DNA of 63,535 nucleotides, counting the filler, from Globobulimina sp. (taxonomy: Eukaryota): the NCBI GenBank assembly GCA_003354225.1. It is 27 parts of 27 records of this genome, joined end to end, with 100 filler letters (N's around TTAATTAATTAA, not from the genome) between each part and the next. Parts side by side here need not be neighbours in the genome. Positions count along the whole stretch, not along the records: positions 23,583 to 25,840 come from PIVH01007838.1; positions 25,941 to 28,197 come from PIVH01007839.1; positions 28,298 to 30,554 come from PIVH01007840.1; positions 30,655 to 32,911 come from PIVH01007841.1; positions 33,012 to 35,268 come from PIVH01007842.1; positions 35,369 to 37,625 come from PIVH01007843.1; 21 more parts are not named here. One strand, given 5' to 3'. The translations under genes were made by a program, and so were the position numbers. Positions 23,709 to 35,589 of the stretch are shown here, one piece after another. Position 1 is the stretch's first letter, and the number at the start of each line of letters is the position of its first letter. The notes beneath the pieces are model-generated. The model was not told the origin of the DNA. It searched no databases and was given only the letters and a program-made list of their open reading frames with translations.

Positions 23709-24851
23709 CTATTTACCCAATTCAAACTCATCTTTATTCTGCACTTGTAACTGTAAATCGTGATTTTTCTGCCGAGACAGAAACGGAATGACATTATAAT
23801 CATCATCGCCTTCATTGATACCAAACACCTTTCTCCAATCCAATGTTTCCTGATTGACCGCAACCTGTTTCCCTCGACTTCCCGCTCTATTTTTCTTTGG
23901 GAATCTTTTATTGCTTTGACAGCCCAAAAAGTCATTCAATTTCTCCATCATATCACTTTCTGGATTTTCCTCATCCACTGTAACAACCAACAAATCGTTT
24001 GCTCGCTTTTCAAAGTATTTCTCCACCATTTTATTATGCAAATGATACCTCCGAATGGCCAATGTAGAAAACACCTCATCTGTCAATCCTTGCTTTACAT
24101 ATTGTTTCTTATTCTTTTGTATATATTTTAAGTACGAATTAATATACGTTCCTTCGCTTTTTCTTTTGCTTAAAATAAATTTACTGTTTGGATACAACAC
24201 ATCGAATATAGGATACATAAAACACCACGGCGAGTCTCCAAAGTTTAAGCCATGAAACGAATCCGCCAGATATCGTTGCCATAGCTTTGGTATTTTGATG
24301 AGTGACAAATCAAGAACTTCCTCAGGCTGCGATATATGAACGCCGTCCATCAAAAAATCCCAATTTCCGACGTGAATACAGCTGTCGCCATGACATTTAT
24401 AGCCGAGAGTTTTAAGCGCAGCATTCATCGAAGTGGTGCCTGTTTTCATTATTCCCAACGAGAAAACCTTTCCTTTGTGCGTACACAATTCATTTTGAGG
24501 CAATGGAATGGATACTAAATGTCCAGCACTCGGAGCTGTTTCCAACGGTTTCAATGAGGATATGGTTAGGTTTAATTCCTTGCGAATGTTGTCCAAACCT
24601 ACAATGTTTACTATATCTGTGTTTTCACTGTTTTGCTGGATGTTGTTTGGTTTAGCTGCAGTGTGATATTCATGCATTAATCTGGATCTCTCAAAGAATT
24701 CAACATCATGAGGTGAATCGCGATCATGTGTAGATGTCATGAACTGCAACTCCATAAGCGACATAATAGCAAATATGAATGTAATTCCAATCCAAAATAC
24801 TGTTATTTTTTTGCTGGGAAGTAACTGTTTGATATATCTCAAAAGTGACAT
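23709..24851 (-). CDS. Type II membrane sulfotransferase-family protein (Sulfotransfer_4-like)
   Basis: N-terminal TM and stem, PAPS loop KVFSLGIMKTGTTSM, D.PW, YPNSKFILSKR and YHLHNKMV. Confidence 0.82.
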   Translation of the reverse strand: MSLLRYIKQLLPSKKITVFWIGITFIFAIMSLMELQFMTSTHDRDSPHDVEFFERSRLMHEYHTAAKPNNIQQNSENTDIVNIVGLDNIRKELNLTISSLKPLETAPSAGHLVSIPLPQNELCTHKGKVFSLGIMKTGTTSMNAALKTLGYKCHGDSCIHVGNWDFLMDGVHISQPEEVLDLSLIKIPKLWQRYLADSFHGLNFGDSPWCFMYPIFDVLYPNSKFILSKRKSEGTYINSYLKYIQKNKKQYVKQGLTDEVFSTLAIRRYHLHNKMVEKYFEKRANDLLVVTVDEENPESDMMEKLNDFLGCQSNKRFPKKNRAGSRGKQVAVNQETLDWRKVFGINEGDDDYNVIPFLSRQKNHDLQLQVQNKDEFELGK

Positions 24852-24944
24852 GATTCAAACTCTTTTTTTACTGAAAAACTAATAGTACACAAAGCGTGTA
24901 TAGTAGAATATGAATGGTCAATGCTATCATATAATATTCACAAG

Positions 24945-25840
24945 TTACAACGGATTAGTTTTATTTTCTAAAAATCTTCCATAATTACCAATTTGCTTCG
25001 GTTTTGTGCCAACAATACCATCAATCTCTTCCATAATCTCAACGGTTAACCTTTTCGCAACCTCCAATGCTTTTAAATTCTCTTCAATCTGACCTTCCTT
25101 TGTCGCACCTAACAAAACACTCGAAACGTTTTTATTTTTAATACACCATGCAATCGCTAAACAACTCACACTCGTTTTCAACCGATCCCTTGCAAACTCA
25201 ATCAACTTCTCCACGATCGGTATTCTTTTACCTTTCTGTTCCTCCCACCGTATAGCCAACCATTCGTAGCCTTTCTCCGCCATCCTCGAACCGCTCGGTG
25301 TCTCTTTATTGTATTTCCCAGTCAATATACCAGATTTCAATGGTGACCAACAAGTGGTACCCAATCCATACGGCAACTTACCCAAATTTAGTACAATTTT
25401 GTTCTAATAAATTCATATTTTATTGTTTTTTGCATGCATTTATTAGAACAAAATTGCACATAAATAACTCTAAATAAACGCAAGAAATTCTTTTCTATAT
25501 TTTCCCTTTCAAATAATTTGTATTGCGGCTGTTCAACCACCGGTGGTATTAGATTCTTTATTTGCGCCCTCCAGTAAGCCTCGGTTATTTGTTGTGCAGT
25601 CCATTCAGAAGTGCCCCAATAAAACGCCTTTCCGCACTGTATTATGCTAGTCATGGCCCGGTTCTTCAATGGGCGTTAGTATATCGGCGCGATGACAAAA
25701 TACAATGTCAACATAGTCTAATTGCAATCTATTGAGTGAGGCAGTGACCCCTTCAATTATGTGTTTGCGGGATAATCCCTTTTCATTTTGTCCACCACCT
25801 GGTCCCCAGAATATTTTTGTGGTGATCCATAATTTAGAGG
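24945..25840 (-). CDS. Voltage-gated K+ channel beta subunit-like aldo-keto reductase; intron 25377-25468; frameshift near 25660; 5' truncated
   Basis: Motifs [68 protein letters not shown] and [19 protein letters not shown]. Confidence 0.92.
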
Positions 25841-26098
25841 NNNNNNNNNNNNNNNNNNNNNNNNNNNNNNNNNNNNNNNNNNNNTTAATTAATTAANNNN
25901 NNNNNNNNNNNNNNNNNNNNNNNNNNNNNNNNNNNNNNNNATCTGGATAATAATAATTGTTCTGATCATAAAATGGTCAAAGCCACATTTACTGACATTT
26001 TATTTAATATTGGATGTAGTGGATAGGAGTTTGTACACAAACTGTGAATAAACAAAATCCAGCGAGTTCAAAAATTGCTGGTGAAGTTATTATAATTA

Positions 26099-28197
26099 TT
26101 ATTTTGTGAACAATTGTCTTTGAACCAATTTGGAATAAACATTATCTAATCGAATTAGTTGAGAATGCGTTCCCTTTTCAACCACAGCGCCATTGTGTAT
26201 GACCAAAATCTGATTTGCATTTTTAACTGTTGATAATCTGTGAGCTATGACGATGACTGTTTTGTTGCTGTCATTAATTATTGTATCCAATGCCCGTTGC
26301 ACTAAATGCTCGCTCTCTGTGTCCAAAGCAGAGGTTGCTTCGTCGAAAACAATTATCTTTGGATCATTCAATATGGCTCTCGCGATCGCCACTCTTTGCT
26401 GCAATATTTTAATTAGAGTCAAAGCACAATTAATAAAAATAAAACATAGGTTCGATCATACTTTTTGTCCGCCACTCAAACGAATGCCTCGCTCTCCCAC
26501 CAAAGTCTCAAATCTCTCCGGAAACGACATAATAAAATCATAGGCGTTGGCTTTCTTTGCGGCGTCGACAATCTCTGCCATTTCTATCCGATCACTTTCA
26601 TTCTCATTCTCATTCTCATCCAATTGCAATCCGAATGCAATATTATCTCTGATGGATCTGCCAAATAACACAGGTTCTTGCGATACATATCCAATTTGTT
26701 TGTGCAGCCATTTCAAATCATACTCTTTCAAATCGATTCCGTCCACGGTTATTGCGCCTGACATTGGATCATAAAATCTCAATAATAACTGGACGATGGT
26801 CGACTTACCGCCGCCTGACTCGCCAACCAACGCTGTGACGCTTCCTGGCGACGCTGTGAACTGCAACTCATTCAAAACCAGCACTTCTCGGCGCGATGGA
26901 TACGCAAAACGCACTGCGTTGAAAATAACATTCCCGGCAAAGTCATCAATGTTTCTCACCAAATGTTGGACCACTTTGGCTGTCTCAGTCTCAGTCTCAC
27001 TTTCTTTAATATCATCCATTGGCATTTGGTATGAGTACGGCGTTTGTGTGGACCTCATTGCTTTCTGCCCGCCATAGGCTGCAATGTCCGAATATCTGTC
27101 GATGAGTTTGAAGGTCCTCTCGCCGGCACCCAATGCCTTCATGACAGCACTGTACAAACTGACAGCTCTCGACAACGCAAAGCCGACTTGCAACGACATA
27201 ATGACATAAGTGCCCAGATCGCCCGCCGTCAATTTGCCTTCAATCACTTGTTTAGCACCAAACCAAACAATCAAACTCATGCTCGCATTGGCCATTATCT
27301 GTACGAATGAAATAAAGCACGCAAAGGCAAACGCCATCTTCTTTCCTTGTGCATACGTCTTAAATATGGCCATTCCGTACAGGTATTCCTGCGCACTCTC
27401 ATTGGAAAAGGCTTTGACAGTACGAACATTGCAAATTGATTCCGCTGCGACCTCTGTGGCTTCGGCCAGCACATCTTGTGTGGTTTTCGATTGTCTGCGA
27501 TAATACATTCCAAAGTAGCGGCCAGTTATTGCTACCAAGGGAACCACGGAGAGCATGACCAAAGTTAGCGACCATGACAAATAAAATACGTATATTAAGG
27601 CTAAGATGACACTCAATACAGAGTTGATTGACTGCGCCAATTGTTTTGTGCACACATTTTTGAGTTCGGTCGTGTCTGCGCTTAATCGGTTGATCAATTC
27701 TCCACTTTTGGTGACATCAAACATGCCGACTTCCGCAAACATAATGGAATGAAATAATTGGTTTCGCAGACGAGCTACGACTCGCTCTCCCGCCAAATCC
27801 AACAAATACCACCGATTAAAGGCAAAAAAAGCAGAGAAAAAGCCGAGTATAATCACGGTGAATGTGCCAGTATTTAATAAATCCATTTCATTGTCAAAGC
27901 AATCCCAACCAAACAAAGGCAGTGCTATGCCACAGATAGACTCCATTGGTCCCGTTATAGCATCCCGGTAATCCGCGTATGTTAAGACGTTGATTATTAT
28001 GCCCATCAAAATAGGAAAGACCATTTTTGTCAACTGAATAGATACAAATATTAATGTCAATTCATATTAATTTTTGTATACTAAACGACTGAAAACAAGG
28101 TAGCTGCCATGCCCCCGATGAGTAACCACTTTTGCTTCCATGACAAACCAAATAAACGCTTGAAATTCAGCCTTCTTTCTGTCATTGACAGTTTCTT
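26099..28197 (-). CDS. ABCB half-transporter (ABCB10/TAP-like); introns 28034-28086 and 26399-26461; 5' truncated
   Basis: TMD with GERVVARLR and [11 protein letters not shown], Walker [10 protein letters not shown]-loop VSQEP, signature [14 protein letters not shown] (spliced), DEATSALD and IAHRLST. Confidence 0.95.
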
Positions 28198-28297
28198 NNN
28201 NNNNNNNNNNNNNNNNNNNNNNNNNNNNNNNNNNNNNNNNNTTAATTAATTAANNNNNNNNNNNNNNNNNNNNNNNNNNNNNNNNNNNNNNNNNNNN

Positions 28298-30438
28298 TTT
28301 TCCATTATAATATCATCATCTTCTTCTTCTGCAATTTCTTTATTTTTAACATCCATTTCATCCAAAATTATATTTGTGTTTCCAACGCGTCTCTCATTAA
28401 TTTTATCCTTTTCACTCTGCATATTACCACTCTCATTCTCTGTATTTGGTCTGATCAAATATGCCATAAACTGATCAAATATATCATCAATAGGAGGCAA
28501 TGTATGCGGTGCGCCACAAAACATATCTTCCACAGCATTTGTTGCTGAATATTGACTCGGCGTTAACTTTAACAGTCGTTCTTGAGTCAATTGCCGTTGT
28601 CTCGCAAATTCCACTTTGCTGATTGGTCGCGATTTTAATTGTTTTGTTCCAAATATTTTCTCGAAAACCGAACCGTTTCCACTAATTTTATCTAAATATT
28701 TGCTAACTGCGTCAGTGCTGTCGCCACTGTCCTTATTAGTATTGATTTTTATGTCTTTTCTGTGTTTCCATTGCGTGAATAAACATGGAATGCGAATGGG
28801 ACCAGTTACAGTCATAAATATAACATCGAAATCTCTCTCACAAATACCGCCATCCATATCCATTGACTTTGCTATGCGTTTATTTGTTTTATGCGCCTGA
28901 ATAATCATTGAATTTCTTTTAATTTCAATATCTTTCGGTAATACCCATTTATGCCTAATCTCTCTATAAAAGTAAAACACATAAAAAACAATAATTTATC
29001 CTTGCGCTGCAACAAAAAGAAAAAGAAAACTAAACTTCTTTTGCATATCACACAAAATGAGATATTTATTATCATTATTCTGCAATGTACATGCCACTAA
29101 AAACAATGACTGTGAATCTTTAAATGGAATCACAATCACATCCAATATCCGTTTAATACGCACATTCAAACACCAATACTCATCGAATTGGATTAAATCC
29201 CAAATCACAATGTTATTATCCTTCGCATCGCCAACCTCAATCAACAAATACGGCGAATCACGAAAAGTTTGCAGACCGCGCACCCTCGATAACTGATCCA
29301 CTTTTTTCAGCAACATTAAGTTATCCGCATTCCATAACGTAATACTTTTGCCACTGCAGACAAACAAAATACTTCCATCATTGCTGAAATTGGCAGCCGA
29401 TATTTGATTGCTGTCATAATACGCACTCATCCACGATTTCCACGTCACATGTTTTTCTTGGCTGTTCTTGTCATTTAGCTCTAACGTTTTTGGTTTTAAA
29501 TACTTTGTCACATAACATTCGCTCCAAAGTTTGAAGTTATTGTCGTTATGGGCATAGCTTAAAAATCTATTCTTTATGGGATGGAATACAATGCCTCGGA
29601 TTAAATTTGCATTATGCGGCGAATCAATGCGTGTATTTAATATAAACTCATCCCGCTTGACATCATAATGCCATATTTGTAATGTAACCAAATCCACCAA
29701 ACTCTCCGTCTCATTCACGGTATTTGCGGTATTTGCTGCATTTCTCTCTTTGTCCATGCTCCCTAAAATAGAATATGCGCTGCGTTTAATCACCGTAACT
29801 AACCAACTTCCATCGAGATTGAATTGCATAAACTCGCAAACATATCGATGTGGATATTGCTCATTTATCCTCGAAAGCAAGTTATATTCAAATATCTTCA
29901 ACACACCACGCGATTTATCACCATTCAAATCATAAAATTGTACAAAACCGGGCAAGGAGGGAAGGACATAATTGTTTATATCACGCGGATTGTATGAAAA
30001 TCGTTGATGATAATTATGTATTTGATTTGGTGCAATTTTGTGACAAATACCAAGGCCCTCAATGGTTTTGATCACCTTATTATTGATGGAGTCAATGATA
30101 CGGATTTTATTACTATTCAAACCCACTGCGAATTTCATCTCATCGCTGCTCACTGACACAAACGTAAGACCACCGCCCAAACGCGGTAAATATTGCCGTC
30201 TGTACGTCTCCAATTGGGTCAATACCAAAACTGACTCCTCACCGCCAGATAACATGTACGCGCCGTCAGTGGTAAACTGTAGACACGATATCATATGCGA
30301 GTGCCAATGGATCTTTTTCATCAAATACCGCTGTTCTCTGCTGCCTGCTACTGCTTTCGCGCTCTTTTTGTTTAAGTTTCCTTTTTTCACTTTCATAGCT
30401 TGCATTTGCGTATGGCTTAAATACGGGAATTCAGCCAA
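28298..30438 (-). CDS. WDR75: WD-repeat protein 75 / Utp17 (t-UTP), internal fragment; intron 28964-29035
   Basis: Diagnostic HWHSHMISCLQFTTDGAYMLSGGEESVLV...QYLPRLGG, FILNTRIDSPH, FSNDGSILFV and the C-terminal APHTLPPID motif. Confidence 0.85.
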
Positions 30439-30444
30439 CCACGC

Positions 30445-30554
30445 ACTGATACTTTGCGAGAACAGTTTGTTCTTCCAGGAAAAGGAGTAACGATACTATT
30501 GGTGAACGGGAAAGCAATAAGCATTCGTGGTGTCGATCGGCATGAAACAGATCC
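30445..30554 (+). CDS. Fragment of GH2 beta-galactosidase-like glycosidase (probable chimeric end)
   Basis: Plus-strand frame DTLREQFVLPGKGVTILLVNGKAISIRGVDRHETD matches the GH2 LLxNGKxxxxRGVxRHE motif. Confidence 0.7.
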
Positions 30555-30726
30555 NNNNNNNNNNNNNNNNNNNNNNNNNNNNNNNNNNNNNNNNNNNNTT
30601 AATTAATTAANNNNNNNNNNNNNNNNNNNNNNNNNNNNNNNNNNNNNNNNNNNNCAGCATGCTGCAATACTCACGCAGCAGACGGCCTTCCTCGTCGCCT
30701 ACGAAATCTCCTGCGATGACACCTCA

Positions 30727-32838
30727 TTGACAGTGGGCGTGCAATTCATTGAATGCGAATTTACAACGCCAACCAGCACCGCCTACCAATTTAACATCGC
30801 GTCCATCACTTCCTTCGTCCACATAAATCCCAGCGGCGTCTATGGGCTTCCTATCAATATGGCGGCCTCCATCATGAATGCAGTCGGTACACAGTTATTC
30901 TTATCCGACACAAACACCGTTGTACATACAGAGCAAACCCAGGAATTTGTATTCGCGCAAACCACCAAAACCATCGCCTTGGCAGAAAACACCAACTACA
31001 AACTGCGCGTTTTCGTGACCAGCGAAAGCAATGCATTGATTACGTTCCACTCCGTCCACAAAGTACCGGTATTAAACAGTATCGCAACGGCCAGTCCCTG
31101 TTTATTAGCAGCCAATGTCGCAGTAAATGACAGCATGAAATTTGCTGTACAAAGTTTATGCAATTCGAGTAATGCGGCGCCTGCGCATCGCAGCGAGTTA
31201 GAACGCGTATTTTATCAAAAAAGTTCGGCGCAAACTCTACTGTCCCACACTAACTTGGTTAAGTTAAGAAGAAGATTGCGACGAAAAGCGGCATCCGCCG
31301 ATGGAGGCATCCCGGGGTGTACCACATGTGGCGGCGGAACAGACTGTAAATGCAGCGGCAACAGTTTGCATTGCACCTTTTCCAACAGCACCACTGTGAC
31401 CATTGCAAATGACTCCATTGTCCCATATTATAGGCAATGTTTGGCGGTGGATATTGTTACTAATCGCGTGTTTTCTGTAGGCGGCGAATACGTGGATGGA
31501 TTGGCCAGGAATGAGTTGAAAGTGTATCAGATTGAAAGCTTAACCAAAGCCAAGTTGACCGCTGAGAATATTTTGTTAGATCGCGCCCGAACGGGGTCGA
31601 TGTGCTATTTCTGGAATGAATATATTGTGGTTATTAATGGGATGGGCCATGCCGACGATATGAGTGACGCTGCGCAGTGGTATAATGACATTGTGTTTGT
31701 GTCGGTAGATGCCACCCAGAATAATATTGTTATGCCGCGGATAAAATTAAAATATAATGTGATGGATATGCGGCCAGTGATTACCGGTACAAATATTTTA
31801 TATTTATTTGGCGGTCGCGATGCAGACAATGCGCAAAATTACATTCAAGCGGTTGATTTAAGTGAGCTGTTTGTGGACGGAGTGGATATCGATGATGTAT
31901 TTACGACCGTGGATCGAATGGAAGCTATGATTGACAATGTTGTGATTCCTTTTGTTGATTTTGTGAATGTGAACGGGAAGAGTTGTCTGATGGTATTTGG
32001 TGGGCAAAATTATGTGAATAAAGAGTGGATTTCTATCGATATTCCAGCCGAGAGATTGCAATTAATTTGCAATGATAATATTGCCATTGACAGGAATTTA
32101 ATTCCTGTGCATCAATTCAGTGAGTTTGATCTGGCCAATTTCGAAAGTGTTGCTGTGTTTGACTCTGAGGTTACAACCGCAAATAATGTATTTTTGACTG
32201 ATTATAATTTCGAAAATGATGATATTTGGTATGAGTTCAGTGCTTCATTCGAAGTCTGTTTACCTGCCGCTGACTTGGAGCATAATGAGGAATATTTGAC
32301 AAAGGTATTGAATGTGTTTGAGAGTGCTAGTTTGGTGGACAATATTTTGTACGAATCGCAAAGAAATTATCGAGAATGGAATGACGGGTTTAGTGCAGTT
32401 GAGATGTCGCATATTAATTTCATAAGGAAAGCAGCTGTGGGAGCAAGTGATTATTGTTCAGGTCTTTCTATTTCTGCGTGTAATGGTTTGGTGATTGCGC
32501 AAAATGGTGGCGATCAAGAATGTGCGTTTAATCATTTCAGTAATGAATGCTATTCCATTCAAAGGCAATTAGTTGTGGGCAGTGCGGGCAATTTGAATGA
32601 GAAAAGTTCTGATAATAATTCGCATGCAAAAACGCCATTTTTTTCATATTCACACTCAAAATTGTATGCCGTAGTGGGTGTATTGAGCGGTGTTACAGTT
32701 TTATTATTATTATGTATTGTGTGTGGTGCATGTTTTATGTGCAGAAATAAAAGAAAAACATGGAATTATTCGCTTCATGAAAATGTATCGGTGACTGTGG
32801 TTGATGGGGTTGACGTAAATACTAATTCATCCTTATAA
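30727..32838 (+). CDS. Membrane protein with Kelch-like repeats and C-terminal TM; 5' truncated
   Basis: Kelch-type repeats VFSVGG, IVVING, LYLFGG and LMVFGG. A basic RRRLRRK precedes a Cys cluster. TM LYAVVGVLSGVTVLLLLCIVC is followed by RNKRK. Confidence 0.7.
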   Translation: MTVGVQFIECEFTTPTSTAYQFNIASITSFVHINPSGVYGLPINMAASIMNAVGTQLFLSDTNTVVHTEQTQEFVFAQTTKTIALAENTNYKLRVFVTSESNALITFHSVHKVPVLNSIATASPCLLAANVAVNDSMKFAVQSLCNSSNAAPAHRSELERVFYQKSSAQTLLSHTNLVKLRRRLRRKAASADGGIPGCTTCGGGTDCKCSGNSLHCTFSNSTTVTIANDSIVPYYRQCLAVDIVTNRVFSVGGEYVDGLARNELKVYQIESLTKAKLTAENILLDRARTGSMCYFWNEYIVVINGMGHADDMSDAAQWYNDIVFVSVDATQNNIVMPRIKLKYNVMDMRPVITGTNILYLFGGRDADNAQNYIQAVDLSELFVDGVDIDDVFTTVDRMEAMIDNVVIPFVDFVNVNGKSCLMVFGGQNYVNKEWISIDIPAERLQLICNDNIAIDRNLIPVHQFSEFDLANFESVAVFDSEVTTANNVFLTDYNFENDDIWYEFSASFEVCLPAADLEHNEEYLTKVLNVFESASLVDNILYESQRNYREWNDGFSAVEMSHINFIRKAAVGASDYCSGLSISACNGLVIAQNGGDQECAFNHFSNECYSIQRQLVVGSAGNLNEKSSDNNSHAKTPFFSYSHSKLYAVVGVLSGVTVLLLLCIVCGACFMCRNKRKTWNYSLHENVSVTVVDGVDVNTNSSL

Positions 32839-33026
32839 ATTAGAAAGTATTTTATTTTATTTTTATTATTTGTTTTTTTTTATTATTTTTTTTCTCTTAT
32901 TAGTTTTTATTNNNNNNNNNNNNNNNNNNNNNNNNNNNNNNNNNNNNNNNNNNNNTTAATTAATTAANNNNNNNNNNNNNNNNNNNNNNNNNNNNNNNNN
33001 NNNNNNNNNNNGATAATACATTTGCG

Positions 33027-34521
33027 TCAAAGATTTAATATCATTTTGATTATTGACACACGTAAACAAAATAATGGTATATTCAATTTTAGAAAAGATA
33101 ACAGATGAAAAATAATGAAAAAGCGTGTATAGTTTCGTACAGAGTTAATTTGTTTATAATCCAAATATATTTTCTGCACAATGTGATTTATGTGCGTACG
33201 CGGTGACAGATCAAAATTCAAATAATAACCGACATATTTCACGTATTTTTCTGGTATCGATCGAGTAATATCATTGATTTTAAGTGACGGCATTGGGATT
33301 TTATATTTATTCTTCATGTGATTTGTATAAAAAATGATATATTTCGTTTTCCGCTCAGATAACATCATTCCATTCAAACGCAACCAATTTACAATATTAT
33401 CGATTGCATATTGCAGTCCATATTCAATATCATATAAAAAGACGCTTTTCAACACAGTCCACATCACCAAATCATCCACATATATATATAGATTTTTAAT
33501 GGTAAATATGACGGAATCACATAATATAAAGGGTCGAGGTACAACATATTAAGAAACGGACTCAAAGGCCTCCCCTGTCCCAATCCTATTAATTGCAACA
33601 TCCAATTGGAACGTATGCCATTTACAACAACAGCACACCAACAATTTATAAATAAGTCATAAATAATACGTATATATTTCATCGGGAAGCCATAATAACG
33701 ATGCAACCGTTGAATAAGAATATGGTACTGCACAGAGGGAAAATCTTGGGCAATATCTGAGAAAATCGCATAAGTTGGCACCTGGTCATTCCATTGTGTC
33801 TTAATATCATTTAATAATAACATAACTATGTCGCGAGTCGATTTACCTTTGATGTTTGTGGTATTATTCGGATGGATTACATCACAATCAATCACAAATT
33901 ATAATCCTTTATGTAACAAACATAACTCATACATTTTTTTTATACAGCCATTAAGGGAGATTTCACGGTAATTATCAATGGAATGGTGGTCACGTTTTGG
34001 TTTCGCGATGGCTGAAATAAAGGTTAATTTATGTATTCGTGGCATATATTCATATACAAAGAACATATTCAAATATTTATATAGGAATTGATGGATATAC
34101 GGTTCAAGATATATTAATAAATGCAGATGAATGCCAATGCCATGATTACATTTTTTGTTCATTATTCGCAAAATATAACGGATCAAATGCAGAGTTATAG
34201 GATTATTAATATTACGCACTGCAGCTACATATTTATAGTCACCTTTAATTAGTCGCGGATTATTTATATGGTTCGCCTCTAAAATATCAGAATCAATCTC
34301 ATTCAGAGTCGCAGTGCAGGGATACATAGAGTCCATCAATGGAATATTACGAAATTGGATACGTTGCATAGGTTTATATGCAATATTTTTAATTGTGCGA
34401 TGACAAAACTTCTCCGCAGACAAAACTTCTCCGCAAAACAATAAAAATCATGTGATATCTGATCTATTCTGACACAGCATTTTGATTTAATTGCATCAAT
34501 CCGTAACTCCAAATCTCTCAA
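33027..34521 (-). pseudogene. Degenerate non-LTR retrotransposon reverse transcriptase
   Basis: Motifs NYREISL, KGKSTRD, FSDIAQDFPSV (DxxKAFD equivalent), GLGQGRPLSPFL, YVDD and KYVGY. Disrupted by a 17-nt tandem duplication (~34405-34438), an in-frame TAA at 33899-33901 and an AT-repeat frameshift at ~33480. Confidence 0.9.
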
Positions 34522-34652
34522 AGCCTGTATAGTACGGCATTTATAGGAATGTAAATTCTTCGGATTTTTAAAGCGGTAATGAACATTATTAGATTATCAA
34601 TTCATTCGTAATCTTCCTGTATTCATCACGAAAGAAACTATAGCCATCAATA

Positions 34653-35268
34653 TCATCTTCCTATGTTTCCATCGCAAATCTCTTGGTGGGAATATGTAGT
34701 ATATAGCATCGTAATTGCACCGAAGAAACGCTTCCGTTGTACATGATAATATGGACAAGTCATCATCAAATGTGCCACGTCTTCAATGTTACCGCACTGT
34801 GCACATCGTCCACTATGATTGCCCGCGCAACACGGAAGATTACATGTGATGTATTGAATATGTGTACGATTTATACGATTTTGCCTATTATAATATCCAC
34901 GATGCTCTCGTATGTGATAATATAAATTAAGTGATATATGGCCAGAGCGCAATTGTAATAACAGGCGAGACGCATATTGAGGCAGTCGGAGTTCCTGCAA
35001 AGGATTAAAATGTATCAAAATATGACGCCTCCATTTGTATATATTATGAGATAATAAATGATTGTCACGCAATGTATCAATATTATAATGCTTTTTTATT
35101 TTTATTATAGAGTTATTTACCAATTTTTTAGCAATCTTCTCTGAGATTGGCAATTTATTATATTTATTTTTATTTCGATCACAACAATGCGCTCCACGTT
35201 TAGCTAAAATATCGGCAACACGAATTCCATGATTTGTGTCTCTTTTACATTTTTGAAACTTAATATTT
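34653..35268 (-). mobile_element. Non-LTR retrotransposon C-terminus: RNase H end + CCHC zinc knuckle
   Basis: HGIRVADILAKRGA (GNxxADxLAK equivalent), LLQLRSGH.SLN and CAQCGNIEDVAHLMMTC (CX2C-X7-H-X4-C). Confidence 0.8.
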
Positions 35269-35589
35269 NNNNNNNNNNNNNNNNNNNNNNNNNNNNNNNN
35301 NNNNNNNNNNNNTTAATTAATTAANNNNNNNNNNNNNNNNNNNNNNNNNNNNNNNNNNNNNNNNNNNNATGCAATAAATCTAAAATAAGGTTGTACGTAC
35401 AACTGAAACAATATACTGCACATACTCGCAAGTCTACAAACACTGTCAGACAGTGTAGCGTTGTCATATGACAGTATATTGTTTCTATTTGTCCATATGT
35501 GATGTCTGATTAGTTTGATCACTTTGATGTTGAAGCCGGTCGGATATCTCATATCTGTTTTGAATTAACACTGAGTATATCTTTTAAAG

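Noticed and set aside
33899-33901. In-frame TAA as evidence of an alternative genetic code
   Set aside because: The same element has frameshifts, and other genes end normally at TAA, TAG or TGA.
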